Shown: positions 19,822-28,838 of the stretch, one piece after another
How the letters are laid out: every line of letters begins with the position of its first letter
How positions within the stretch are numbered: the stretch's first letter is position 1
NCBI GenBank assembly: GCA_964421955.1
Contig: CAYQYU010000002.1
Location: 1 to 64,000, forward strand
Direction: 5' to 3'
Length of the DNA: 64,000 nucleotides
From: an uncultured archaeon
GTDB lineage: Archaea; Nanohalarchaeota; Nanosalinia; Nanosalinales; Nanosalinaceae
Notes under the pieces: model-generated
What the model was told of the DNA's origin: nothing
What the model saw: only the letters and a program-made list of their open reading frames with translations
Databases searched by the model: none
Made by a program: the position numbers and the translations under genes

Positions 19822-21120
19822 ATGACTGAAATCAAGGGACTGAAAGGATTCTACGACCGCTACCCGGATGAATTTGGGTCATGGCGGGAACTTATCGATA
19901 CAGTTGAGGAGACAGCAAGGGAGTTCGGTTTCCGTGAGATAGACACTCCAAGCGTTGAAAAGACCGATCTTTTCCGGGTGAAGTCTGGCGAGGAGCTGCT
20001 CGACCAGATGTACCGTTTCGAGGATAAAGGCGGCAGGGACGTTTCCCTCATACCGGAACAGACTCCTACCCGCTCTCGATTAGTCCAGTCACGCAAAGAC
20101 CTAAAGTCGCCGATCAAGTGGTTTGACACCTCGAAGCGGTGGAGGTACGAGAACGTCCAGAAAGGTCGCGATAGAGAATTCTTCCAGACTGACATCGATA
20201 CCTTTGGAGTTGAATCCGTCGAGGCCGACGCAGAAGTTATCGCGTGTGCCGCCACGATCTACAAGAAGCTCAACCTAGAGGATCGTGTGAAGTTTAAACT
20301 GAATGATAGAAAGCTACTGGAATCGATACTTGAGGCCCATGGAATCGGCAACGCTGAAGAAGTGATGCAGGTTATCGATGATAGGGAGAAGATGTCCAGG
20401 GAAGAGTTCCTTGGGGAGCTTGAAGATGCAGGCCTGGGATCCGGGAAGGCGGAGGAAGTTGAGGAAATAACTTCGATCTCCGGACCAATAGCGGAAAGGA
20501 TCGATGAGCTGAAGCAGCAGGCGCCCGGAGATGCACAGGACGCAGTTGAAAGAATCGGAGACCTTTCCAGGGCGCTTGAGTCATATGGTGTCGCCGAGAT
20601 GTGCGAACTCGACCTTTCAATCGTACGCGGACTCGCTTACTACACTGGCCTGGTGTTCGAGGCCTTTGACAGCAAGGGCGAGCTTCGGGCGCTTTTCGGT
20701 GGTGGCCGATACGACTCGCTTGTGGGTCTTTTTGGCTCACGGGAAGTTCCTGCGGTAGGCTTCGCCTTTGGTTACTCCCCTACCGTGGAGCTTCTCAGGA
20801 AGGAAGACCGGTGGCCTCTGAGAAGCATCGAGACCGATGTCTACGTTCTGAGCGTGTCCCAGTCAGTCAGAGATCGTGCCCTCGAATATGCACGGGAGTT
20901 GAGGGCCCGCGGCCTATCTGTCGAGACCGATCTAAAGGACCGGGGTTTTGGTGACCAGCTAGATTATGCGGACTCGGTGAATGCAAAGCGTGTCCTTGTG
21001 GTTGGAGAAAGAGACCTTGAGAAAGGCGAGGTCACGATGAAGCACATGGATGCCGGCGAGGAAGAGAATATTGGAGAAGATGAAGTCATAGAGCACCTGG
21101 AGTCTGAGGGCTTCTTCTAG
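19822..21120 (+). CDS. hisS: histidine--tRNA ligase
   Basis: LKGFYD, PEQT, WRYENVQKGRDREFFQ, RGLAYYTG, GGGRYD. Confidence 0.97.
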   Translation: MTEIKGLKGFYDRYPDEFGSWRELIDTVEETAREFGFREIDTPSVEKTDLFRVKSGEELLDQMYRFEDKGGRDVSLIPEQTPTRSRLVQSRKDLKSPIKWFDTSKRWRYENVQKGRDREFFQTDIDTFGVESVEADAEVIACAATIYKKLNLEDRVKFKLNDRKLLESILEAHGIGNAEEVMQVIDDREKMSREEFLGELEDAGLGSGKAEEVEEITSISGPIAERIDELKQQAPGDAQDAVERIGDLSRALESYGVAEMCELDLSIVRGLAYYTGLVFEAFDSKGELRALFGGGRYDSLVGLFGSREVPAVGFAFGYSPTVELLRKEDRWPLRSIETDVYVLSVSQSVRDRALEYARELRARGLSVETDLKDRGFGDQLDYADSVNAKRVLVVGERDLEKGEVTMKHMDAGEEENIGEDEVIEHLESEGFF

Positions 21121-21551
21121 CCGTCGGACCTCTCGAGTTCTCTCTTGTGATCCTCGAGTTTTCGCCTGTTGGATTTCAGGAACTCCAGTATCTGCTGGAA
21201 ATCGTGGATGTTAAGGCCCTCGATGTCTAGACGGGAGTCGTCGAACCTCTCTATGTAGCCGTTGTCCCTGAGCGCTTTGATGCCCTTGCCAAACGCTGTT
21301 CGGTCGAAATCGAAGTCCACCTTTTCACCGATGTTTTTCACCCGGGGATGTGCTCTCCCGTACTGGAAGTTCCCATTTTCATCCCAGTAACCACATTCCC
21401 TGATACCCTGGTATATCTTGTCTATGTTGTTCATCAGGCTTGTGAACCTTCTCCTGTTCTCGTCATCGTCTTCAAGGTACCGCTGGAACTTCTCAAGCAC
21501 TTCTTCCTTGCTGTAGGAGGACATGGCTTCAACCAGAGTTTGGGCAGACAA
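21117..21551 (-). CDS. hypothetical protein, possible winged helix
   Basis: RTAFGKGIKALRDNGYIERF. Confidence 0.55.
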   Translation of the reverse strand: MSAQTLVEAMSSYSKEEVLEKFQRYLEDDDENRRRFTSLMNNIDKIYQGIRECGYWDENGNFQYGRAHPRVKNIGEKVDFDFDRTAFGKGIKALRDNGYIERFDDSRLDIEGLNIHDFQQILEFLKSNRRKLEDHKRELERSDG

Positions 21552-21566
21552 CGGTTAAAGTTTTTT

Positions 21567-21947
21567 CTAGAACTCTGAAAGGTTTTTCTGCCTCTCCTCT
21601 TTTTCTTCCATGTAGAAGTTGTATTCCCGTGCGACCCAGCGGGAGAGAAGATCCACAATCGAGTCCACCTGCTGGTTGGTCAGTTCCTTGTTTTCCGGTA
21701 TGCTGTGAGAGAGCGAGAGTTCCTCTCTTGAAGCTGCGTTACAGGCATGCATCGCCTTGTAGACCGGGTTTCCACCTACCGGTGTCTGTGCACCGTCATT
21801 CTCCGGTTGCTTCATCAGTTTTTCTTCGACTATTTTCCGGGCCTGGTTCCTGATAGCGCCTATACCTATCTCCCTGATCAGGTGAATATCGTTCTCGTCC
21901 AGCCTCGGTCTTGTGGCGTCTCTCCCGGGAAGTTTGAGTCTACGCAT
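21567..21947 (-). CDS. DUF4186 family protein
   Basis: NDGAQTP..GNPVYKAMHA, HSIPENKELT.QQVD.IV. Confidence 0.75.
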   Translation of the reverse strand: MRRLKLPGRDATRPRLDENDIHLIREIGIGAIRNQARKIVEEKLMKQPENDGAQTPVGGNPVYKAMHACNAASREELSLSHSIPENKELTNQQVDSIVDLLSRWVAREYNFYMEEKEERQKNLSEF

Positions 21948-21994
21948 GTCCAGAATTTGACTCTTTAACGTTTTAACAGTGGAGACAGAAGAGT

Positions 21995-22426
21995 TCAGCG
22001 GCTTTCTCTTTTCTCGGCAGCTATCTTGAGCTCCGTGAGACCCTGCTCCAGCAGCTGTGCGAGACTCTTGTCAGCATCGCTGAGTTTCCGGTTCACGGCG
22101 TCGGCCTCTTCAAACTTCTCCTTCCTGAAAAGGTTCACGTAGAGTTTCACCGCCTGTTTCGGATTCGATACCTGATGGTTGAGATCCACCATAACTGTCA
22201 TGAAGGTCTCAAGGTCTCCCCGGTTTTTCAGGAACTCCAGGAGCAGCCTCTCAAATTTCCCGTAAATATTGCTGTCCCTGGAACTTATACTCCTCTCTGT
22301 ACCGAAGGCATCCTGTCCTTTACCGAAGTTCGGATCACCGTGTTGCTCCGCTATCTGGTTCAGTATATTCCTGATCTCCGAGTACTTTTTCTTCGAATTT
22401 CCGAACAGAAATCCTTTGATACTCAT
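21995..22426 (-). CDS. hypothetical protein
   Basis: 143-aa ORF divergent from ychF. Confidence 0.6.
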   Translation of the reverse strand: MSIKGFLFGNSKKKYSEIRNILNQIAEQHGDPNFGKGQDAFGTERSISSRDSNIYGKFERLLLEFLKNRGDLETFMTVMVDLNHQVSNPKQAVKLYVNLFRKEKFEEADAVNRKLSDADKSLAQLLEQGLTELKIAAEKRESR

Positions 22427-22480
22427 AGCATAAACCCCGGGACACGGCTTAATAAAGATTCGATAAACCCTTCGAACATA

Positions 22481-23677
22481 ATGCCCTACAAAATTGGACT
22501 CGTTGGAAAACCATCCGTAGGCAAGTCAACGTTCTTTAACGCAGCGACCATGAACACCGTCGAGGAGGGGAACTATCCATTCACAACTATCGAGCCCTCT
22601 GTTGGAGAGGCGTATGTCCGCGTGAAATGTGCGGCTCCTGATTTTGACGAAGAATGTGATCCCAGCGTCGGCTTCTGCAAAAAAGGGACACGTTTCGTCC
22701 CGGTCCAGCTCGTGGATGTCGCAGGTTTGATTCCCGGAGCCCACGAAGGAAAGGGCCTGGGAAACAAGTTCCTGACTGATCTCAACGAGGCAGACGTACT
22801 TGTCCATATTGTCGATTTCTCGGGCAAGACTGACGAGGAGGGTGAGCCAACGGACAGTCATGATCCCCGGGAGGATATCGACTTCCTTGAGGAAGAGCTG
22901 GACATGTGGTACCTGGAGATACTTGAGAAGGGGATCGAGCGTTTCGAAAACAAGCAACGGCAACCAGATGTCAAGCTGGAGGAAGAACTTGCCGAGCAGA
23001 TGTCGGCGTTCAAGATTGGGAAGAACAGGGTGAAACAGTTGATACTTTCAGAGGACCTGAGCCTGGAGCCAGACGACTGGAGCCCTGAGGAAAGGAAGTC
23101 ACTGGCCCGGTCAATCCGGAAGGAGACGAAGCCAATGGTCATCGCCGCGAACAAGATGGATGATGAGGAGGCGAGGGAGAACTACGAGGAAATTAAAGAT
23201 GATCCCGATTATAAGGACCTGACGATTGTCCCGTGTTCCGCCCATGCCGAGAAGGCGCTGAAGAATGCCTCGGAAAGGGGAGTTATTGACTATATCCCCG
23301 GGGACGATGAATTCGAGATCGAGGAGGAAATTTCGGGCAAGCAACAGGAAGGCCTGGAGAATATCAGGGAGTTCATCAACAGCTATGGGGGTACCGGTGT
23401 TCAGGAGGCGCTTGAGACCGCGCTTTTCGATGAGCTTGGAGTCATCGCGGTATTTCCAGGAGGCGCGGACGGTCTCGGCGACGAGCACGGTAACATACTG
23501 CCCGACTGCTTTCTAGTGCCCGGGAACGCGACTGCGGAAGACTTTGCGTTCGAAATTCATTCCGATATCGGCGAGGGCTTTCTCCACGCGATTGACTGCC
23601 GGGAGAACAGACAGATAGGAGCCGATCAAGAACTCGAGCACCGGGACGTTATAGAGATCGTTTCCGCGAACCAGTAG
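22481..23677 (+). CDS. ychF: redox-regulated ATPase YchF/OLA1
   Basis: GKPSVGKST, YPFTTIEP, DVAGL, ANKMD, TGS domain IHSD; start at ATG 22481. Confidence 0.95.
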   Translation: MPYKIGLVGKPSVGKSTFFNAATMNTVEEGNYPFTTIEPSVGEAYVRVKCAAPDFDEECDPSVGFCKKGTRFVPVQLVDVAGLIPGAHEGKGLGNKFLTDLNEADVLVHIVDFSGKTDEEGEPTDSHDPREDIDFLEEELDMWYLEILEKGIERFENKQRQPDVKLEEELAEQMSAFKIGKNRVKQLILSEDLSLEPDDWSPEERKSLARSIRKETKPMVIAANKMDDEEARENYEEIKDDPDYKDLTIVPCSAHAEKALKNASERGVIDYIPGDDEFEIEEEISGKQQEGLENIREFINSYGGTGVQEALETALFDELGVIAVFPGGADGLGDEHGNILPDCFLVPGNATAEDFAFEIHSDIGEGFLHAIDCRENRQIGADQELEHRDVIEIVSANQ

Positions 23678-23685
23678 ATAAGAAA

Positions 23686-24327
23686 TTAGAAGAGGCTGGA
23701 GAACCAGCTGAAGAGTCCTTGAAGCAATCCTCCCTGGCTGTCTCCGTCGTTATCGTATTCTTCCCGGGGTTCAGACACCCATTCAGGTCTTTCCAGAGTA
23801 TCTACTGTCTCGCCGTTATGCTGGACCTCGAGCCGGAACGGCTCGCCAGTGAATGTTTCACTCGTCTCGAAGCTGGCCATGTACTCTATACCAGAGATGA
23901 CCTGTATGCACGCGGTCTGGCTGTCGAGTTCGTCCCTAACCGTCCTTATGTTCAAGGTGTAGGAATTGTTGTTCCCTCCCTCGATTTCGTGTTCAATCAC
24001 GTGGCAGGGTGTCGGAGCTGTTATCCGGCCGTTAAAGCTTACTTTTTTCTTCCCGTCACGGGAATAGCTGACGTTGAAGATCGCGTTACCGGTATCTGTT
24101 GAAGAGCGGTTGACCATGGAAACCTCTGTCCTGTACTCGGTGCCGTTCGCTCCCACGGCTGTGGTCGCAGATGCGCTTGAACTTGTACTGCCTGTCGCCC
24201 CACTCATTATGCAGGCATGGCCTGGTGGACAGTCCGGTTTTGAACCGTTTTCGTACGCTATTCCTGCAGCTAGACTTACAAAGATTAACAGAGATGCCGC
24301 GAGCAAGAGTTCTCGTCTCATACACAT
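23686..24327 (-). CDS. secreted protein with a PrcB-C-like Ig-type domain
   Basis: Signal peptide; GRITAPTPCH...CIQVI...LEVQHNGE; amphipathic tail GLFSWFSSLF. Confidence 0.7.
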   Translation of the reverse strand: MCMRRELLLAASLLIFVSLAAGIAYENGSKPDCPPGHACIMSGATGSTSSSASATTAVGANGTEYRTEVSMVNRSSTDTGNAIFNVSYSRDGKKKVSFNGRITAPTPCHVIEHEIEGGNNNSYTLNIRTVRDELDSQTACIQVISGIEYMASFETSETFTGEPFRLEVQHNGETVDTLERPEWVSEPREEYDNDGDSQGGLLQGLFSWFSSLF

Positions 24328-24364
24328 TTCTTCCCGTTCCCGGCTTTATAAGAGCTTATTCACT

Positions 24365-24382
24365 GTTCGATCTGGATCGAAT
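24365..24382. promoter_or_regulatory. second copy of the palindrome, GTTCGAT-ctgg-ATCGAAT
   Basis: 13/14 match to 17878-17895; 12 bp upstream of the TATA (24346-24352) of the 23686-24327 gene. Confidence 0.72.
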
Positions 24383-25347
24383 TAGTCCCACTGCACTATC
24401 CCTCTGTCATCGTAGAGCTGCGGGTAGGTTCTCCGGGTCCAGCGCTCGAAATCTCCGATCTCTTCCTGGACCTCGGCTCCTGCTGCTCCGGCCTTCTCCT
24501 CTACTGTTCCTGTTATCTCGTCGTCTGTATTCTCTGGTCTCAGTTGGGGGTGGTAGTCGGGATCTATCCTGACCAGTCCCTGGCCGTCATACCACTGGGG
24601 GAATGTCTTCATTGTCCATTCCTCAAGTTGCCGGTCAAGACCTCCTGCGTCTTCAGCCAGTCCTCTATCTCCAGTTTCTTCCTCTACCTGGTCGGCCTCC
24701 TGCCCGGTTCGCTCGCCGATGCTTCTACCTTCCTTCATGCCGGCTAGGGCAGGACTGTAACCCGGGGACTGTATGCGCTGTATCTTGGTCCCGTTATGGT
24801 AGATTTCCAGCGCAAAGTCGTCCTGGAACTGGAACAGGCCCTGGTAGTGAACCCGTCCCTTACAGGTCTGCCCGTCCTGCTGCTGGGGCTCCGTGAACTG
24901 GATGTTCATCCTGTAGAGGTTCTCCTGGACTCCGGAGGCATCCGCAACCTCGAAGTCAAGCCCGGACTCCGGACTTGGAGTCTCTATAACTCCCCTGAAG
25001 TTGGCTTCCCGGGCATTGTCTTGCGATGAGAACTGGACGTCCGCCAGTCCCTCTCTGCTCTGTTGGCCCATGCAGCTGGAATCCACCTTCCAGACATCCA
25101 TCCACGGCGCAGGACCTCCCTGTGACCGTAGCGGCTGCAGATGTGGCTTGACCGGGAAACTTGCTGTGCTCTCGTTTTCCCTGTACTCCCAGGTTGCGTT
25201 GGATTGCTGGTTCATTCCCTTCTGGTCAGGCATGTTACTCTGGTTAGTCATATTCGACTGGCTTTGCTCTTGGGCGGCCACTGCTCCCACAGAAATTGAG
25301 AATACGAGGAACAGGGCGGATGCGGTGAGGAGAACTTGTCTTCTCAT
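24382..25347 (-). CDS. secreted protein, paralog of the adjacent gene, with a duplicated C-terminal motif
   Basis: Signal peptide; FRGVIETPSP...LEIYHNG; repeats EEWTMKTFPQWYDGQGLV and ERWTRRTYPQLYDDRGIV. Confidence 0.7.
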   Translation of the reverse strand: MRRQVLLTASALFLVFSISVGAVAAQEQSQSNMTNQSNMPDQKGMNQQSNATWEYRENESTASFPVKPHLQPLRSQGGPAPWMDVWKVDSSCMGQQSREGLADVQFSSQDNAREANFRGVIETPSPESGLDFEVADASGVQENLYRMNIQFTEPQQQDGQTCKGRVHYQGLFQFQDDFALEIYHNGTKIQRIQSPGYSPALAGMKEGRSIGERTGQEADQVEEETGDRGLAEDAGGLDRQLEEWTMKTFPQWYDGQGLVRIDPDYHPQLRPENTDDEITGTVEEKAGAAGAEVQEEIGDFERWTRRTYPQLYDDRGIVQWD

Positions 25348-25490
25348 ACGCGAAGACTCTCTTTGAGGGTTTAAATACAACAGTTAACTCCTCTGTACAT
25401 GTTTCGCTGGAGGCCGTTTCCGATGTCAAAAACCACGACTCTCCTATAAAGATTGGGGTTCAAAACGTTCTGTAGAGGAAAGTTTTCGTT

Positions 25491-26624
25491 ATGAGTTTTT
25501 CAGATCTTGACATATCAAGTGAAGTTGTAGATAACCTAGAAGAACACGGTATCACGGAACCTACCGAGGTACAGGAAAAATCTATTCCATACGTGCTCGC
25601 AAGCATGGACGTCCTGGTCGAGTCAGAGACCGGCTCCGGAAAGACGCTCGCATTCTCACTCCCAATAATTGAACGTGTCTCGGGAGAACGGACACAGGCA
25701 CTGATTCTTTCACCCACAAGGGAGCTCGCGAAGCAGATCTCGGAGGAGATTGACAAGGCCGCTACGGATAATGTTGAAACAGTTACTATCTACGGGGGAG
25801 TATCTTACGGCCCACAGGTAAAGGGTGCAAAGACTGCCAATATCGTTGTCGGGACACCGGGAAGAGTGCTTGACCTGTTGAAGCAGAACAAGTTACAGGT
25901 CGGCGACCTTGATTACCTGGTTCTGGATGAAGCGGACAGGATGCTCGACATGGGATTCCAGGACGAGCTGGAGGCGATAATTGATTTCTGCCCGAGAGAA
26001 AGGCAGAACCTTCTTTTCGGGGCGACCATCCCAAGCGACCTGAAGAAGATGTGCGACAAGTACGACATTGATCCTGAAACGATCCGGATCAAGTCGAAAC
26101 AGCATACGAGAAACCTGAGCGAGAAGTACGTCGACACGAAACGGAACCGGAAGCTGTCGATGCTATACACTCTACTCAAAGACCGGGAACGAGATCTCTC
26201 CCTGGTTTTCTGCCGGACGAAGAATACCACCCGGTGGCTTGCGGACAAGCTCCGGAAGAACGGTATAGACGCGCAAGAGCTGAACGGCGACATGTCCCAG
26301 CACCAGCGCGAGAAGACCGTTGAAAAGTTTGAAAACGGCGAGATCAAGGTCATCGTCGCGACGGATGTCGCGGCAAGAGGACTTGATATTGACGGCATCT
26401 CCCATGTTTTCAATTACGATGTTCCCGACAAGTTTGACACCTACACCCACCGTATAGGCCGTGCGGGGAGACAGGGAGAGGACGGTGAGGCGGTCACGCT
26501 GCTTGAAAAGGATGACCACCGGCAGTTCCGGAAGATCAAGCGCAGGAAGAAGGGCGTCAAGAACTCGACGAAGATCGAGAGGATTGACAAGGACGAACTC
26601 GACCTGAAAAAGGCAAGAACCTGA
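25491..26624 (+). CDS. DEAD-box RNA helicase
   Basis: Q motif, TGSGKT, PTRELA, TPGR, DEAD, ARGLD, HRIGRAGR. Confidence 0.96.
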   Translation: MSFSDLDISSEVVDNLEEHGITEPTEVQEKSIPYVLASMDVLVESETGSGKTLAFSLPIIERVSGERTQALILSPTRELAKQISEEIDKAATDNVETVTIYGGVSYGPQVKGAKTANIVVGTPGRVLDLLKQNKLQVGDLDYLVLDEADRMLDMGFQDELEAIIDFCPRERQNLLFGATIPSDLKKMCDKYDIDPETIRIKSKQHTRNLSEKYVDTKRNRKLSMLYTLLKDRERDLSLVFCRTKNTTRWLADKLRKNGIDAQELNGDMSQHQREKTVEKFENGEIKVIVATDVAARGLDIDGISHVFNYDVPDKFDTYTHRIGRAGRQGEDGEAVTLLEKDDHRQFRKIKRRKKGVKNSTKIERIDKDELDLKKART

Positions 26625-26635
26625 GTCATAGGGAC

Positions 26636-26746
26636 TTAAGACCAGGCCAGGAGGGTCGCGCCGAAGAGCTTGAATGCCCCGATTATTGCGATCACCATGA
26701 AGAACATCAGGATCGCGTAAACCTTCACCTTGTCTTCCAGAGTCAT
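26636..26746 (-). CDS. 36-aa single-pass membrane microprotein (not in ORF track)
   Basis: MTLEDKVKVYAILMFFMVIAIIGAFKLFGATLLAWS; fills the intergenic gap. Confidence 0.6.
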   Translation of the reverse strand: MTLEDKVKVYAILMFFMVIAIIGAFKLFGATLLAWS

Positions 26747-26915
26747 TAGACCTGTTAAACCTTTCTCTTCTAGCTGTATAAAAATTCTCTTTTTCAGCCC
26801 CTCTCTGTGGGCGATAAAGTTTAGTCTGAATAAAAGATGCCGGGTCGAAAACCACTGGTCTACCTTTTAAAGCTTCGGTTCTATCTGAGCTTATTCAAGG
26901 AGGTGTATTTATTCT

Positions 26916-27110
26916 ATGAAAGGTACAGTCAAGTTCTTCCATGACAGGAAGAACTACGGTTTCATCGAGACAGATGAGATGGACGACGACGTATTCTTCC
27001 ACGACAGCGAAGTCGAAGACGGTCTGACAGTTGAAGAAGGGACCGAAGTCGAGTTCGAGCAGGAAGAAGGCGACCGTGGACCAAAGGCAGTCAGCGTAAC
27101 AGAAGCTTAA
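26916..27110 (+). CDS. cspA: cold-shock protein
   Basis: GTVKFF, YGFI, DVFFH, GPKAVSV; strong SD GGAGGTG. Confidence 0.93.
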   Translation: MKGTVKFFHDRKNYGFIETDEMDDDVFFHDSEVEDGLTVEEGTEVEFEQEEGDRGPKAVSVTEA

Positions 27111-27137
27111 ACCGCAAGGTTTGCTTCTGTCCACATA

Positions 27138-27165
27138 TCTATCCTATCTTTTTCTTCAGTTTTAC
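27138..27165 (+). terminator. T-rich archaeal terminator after csp
   Basis: tctatcctatcttttttcttcagttttt-type pyrimidine tract just downstream of the stop. Confidence 0.45.
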
Positions 27166-27227
27166 TCGATAATTCCTTGTGTGTCCATCCGCCAGTAATT
27201 AAATATGTGCTCTACAATATATGTTCT

Positions 27228-27875
27228 GTGTCAGGGACCAGAGATCACGGCCCGGAAGAAGAATTTCTCGACCAGTTCGACAGCTTCGGCGGCTCAGTTA
27301 TGACACTGGAGCAGCACGCCGGTAACTATGTTGATGCGCTGGGCCAGCACCTGTCCGGATCTCATAATGAAAACCCGGGGCTTGAGATGGCGGTCGAAAA
27401 TGTTGCGTGGTCGCTGGAGAGGGTTTGGGATGAGATGGAGAGGATTGGCCGGAATATTTCAGAACGGGAGATGACGGCGACCGTGAGGTACAACGGTGAT
27501 CTTGCAGCTATCGACTTGGATGAACCTGTGGAGGCCAACGGTGAAAACTACTGTCCTCTCGATGAGTTCAGGGACATCGTGTTCATCTCCCACCATATGA
27601 ACCGGGAAGGCCTGGAGATAGCCGGAGAAGATGGTAACGGAACGATCCAGGCAATGATAACTGCCTCGGAAGATCTTGTCAATTCCTACCAAATGCTTGA
27701 AAAACAGTATGATCGACTTCTGTCGGCGGAGCTCCTGGCCCGCAAATATTTTGACACAGGAGAAGTCCTGGAACCTTACGAGGTCGAGCCACCGCTGTAC
27801 AGTATGCTTAACAACACTGAACACCAGGAAAAGCTCAATCGACTCAATAGCAGGATTAAGGAGGACGGAACCTAG
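27228..27875 (+). CDS. hypothetical acidic protein
   Basis: Long acidic ORF; probable GTG start at 27228. Confidence 0.65.
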   Translation: MSGTRDHGPEEEFLDQFDSFGGSVMTLEQHAGNYVDALGQHLSGSHNENPGLEMAVENVAWSLERVWDEMERIGRNISEREMTATVRYNGDLAAIDLDEPVEANGENYCPLDEFRDIVFISHHMNREGLEIAGEDGNGTIQAMITASEDLVNSYQMLEKQYDRLLSAELLARKYFDTGEVLEPYEVEPPLYSMLNNTEHQEKLNRLNSRIKEDGT

Positions 27876-28058
27876 AGCTCAAGATGTAAGCGTTCTTCTC
27901 CAGCAAATCTAATGTTCAGAGTGAGATCATCGCCCAGCTGTATCTCGTTGTACTCTGAGCTTCCTGAAAGTTTCATCCAAAATATGTCGCTAGCAATTAA
28001 TAATGCATTAAAAGCTTTCTGGAGGCCATACTTAGTTTTTCACCACCGTTCTATTCCT

Positions 28059-28397
28059 ATGACCGGCGACTTCAACGAGACGGTTGCAGGGCTGCTTGAG
28101 GACAACGGAGCGGTGAACCGCTTCTCGATCCACGAGGAACGAGGGCACGCGAGCGCAGTCGCCCACTCGCGGGCGGGAATAGACGAGAAGAACAGGATAG
28201 TCAGCGACCCCCTGTCCGAGGGCTACGATGTCACCTATGAGGGAACCTGGTACGGATGGGAACACTATATCATCCAAGACGTGGATCCGGGAGACGTTCC
28301 CGGTGATCTTGACAAACTTGTTCCGGAGTACAGGAGCGAGGCCCCTGACTCCTACACCGTCCCGAGCTTCAGCGAATGGCTTGAAGACAGGGAATAA
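28059..28397 (+). CDS. hypothetical acidic protein
   Basis: Acidic composition begins at ATG 28059. Confidence 0.65.
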   Translation: MTGDFNETVAGLLEDNGAVNRFSIHEERGHASAVAHSRAGIDEKNRIVSDPLSEGYDVTYEGTWYGWEHYIIQDVDPGDVPGDLDKLVPEYRSEAPDSYTVPSFSEWLEDRE

Positions 28398-28415
28398 AAT
28401 GCTGGACAACAATTT

Positions 28416-28742
28416 ATGAATATGCTCGAAAATTTTGACCGCATTAATGCCGCCGCAGCCTTCTTTGCGATGTTCGTTCTCGCGGGCATACTCACAGCAC
28501 CCACTCAGAGCTATCGTGTTATGACTGAGATATACTGCTCGTGCGATGTTAACGAGGGAGATGTTCCCTGTAACGATGTCACCCAGATCGACTATATTTT
28601 CTACACCGGCCTAGTAAATATCTATCGAGAGCATAACATGAAGGAGATTGTCGAGTGCCGGAACGGCAACAGAAGCGGAACTCACAACCGTATGGAGAGC
28701 CAGCAATACGGTGTAGAGTTTTTGTCAACACGAGCTGCCTAG
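28416..28742 (+). CDS. small exported/membrane Cys-containing protein
   Basis: N-terminal TM, four Cys. Confidence 0.55.
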   Translation: MNMLENFDRINAAAAFFAMFVLAGILTAPTQSYRVMTEIYCSCDVNEGDVPCNDVTQIDYIFYTGLVNIYREHNMKEIVECRNGNRSGTHNRMESQQYGVEFLSTRAA

Positions 28743-28780
28743 ACTAGAAGACACTTTCAGGTCGACGAGCTCCTGGCATC

Positions 28781-28798
28781 GTTCGCTTTTCACCGAGC
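28781..28798. promoter_or_regulatory. degenerate third copy of the palindrome, GTTCGcT-tttc-AcCGAgC
   Basis: 11/14 match; 11-12 bp upstream of the TATA (about 28811) of the 28839 gene. Confidence 0.5.
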
Positions 28799-28838
28799 GT
28801 TTCCGGGGGATTAAAAGAAGTGTGATGAGATACCTAGA

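Noticed and set aside
22459-22477. TTCGA-N8-TCGAA upstream of ychF as another regulon site
   Set aside because: The spacer is 2 bp longer than in the GTTCGAT motif, and the site lies downstream of the TATA.
22175-22480. N-terminal extensions in track ORFs (ychF, pcm, hisS, HAD) and the many antisense ORFs
   Set aside because: They overlap better-supported genes and lack the acidic composition; starts were moved downstream.
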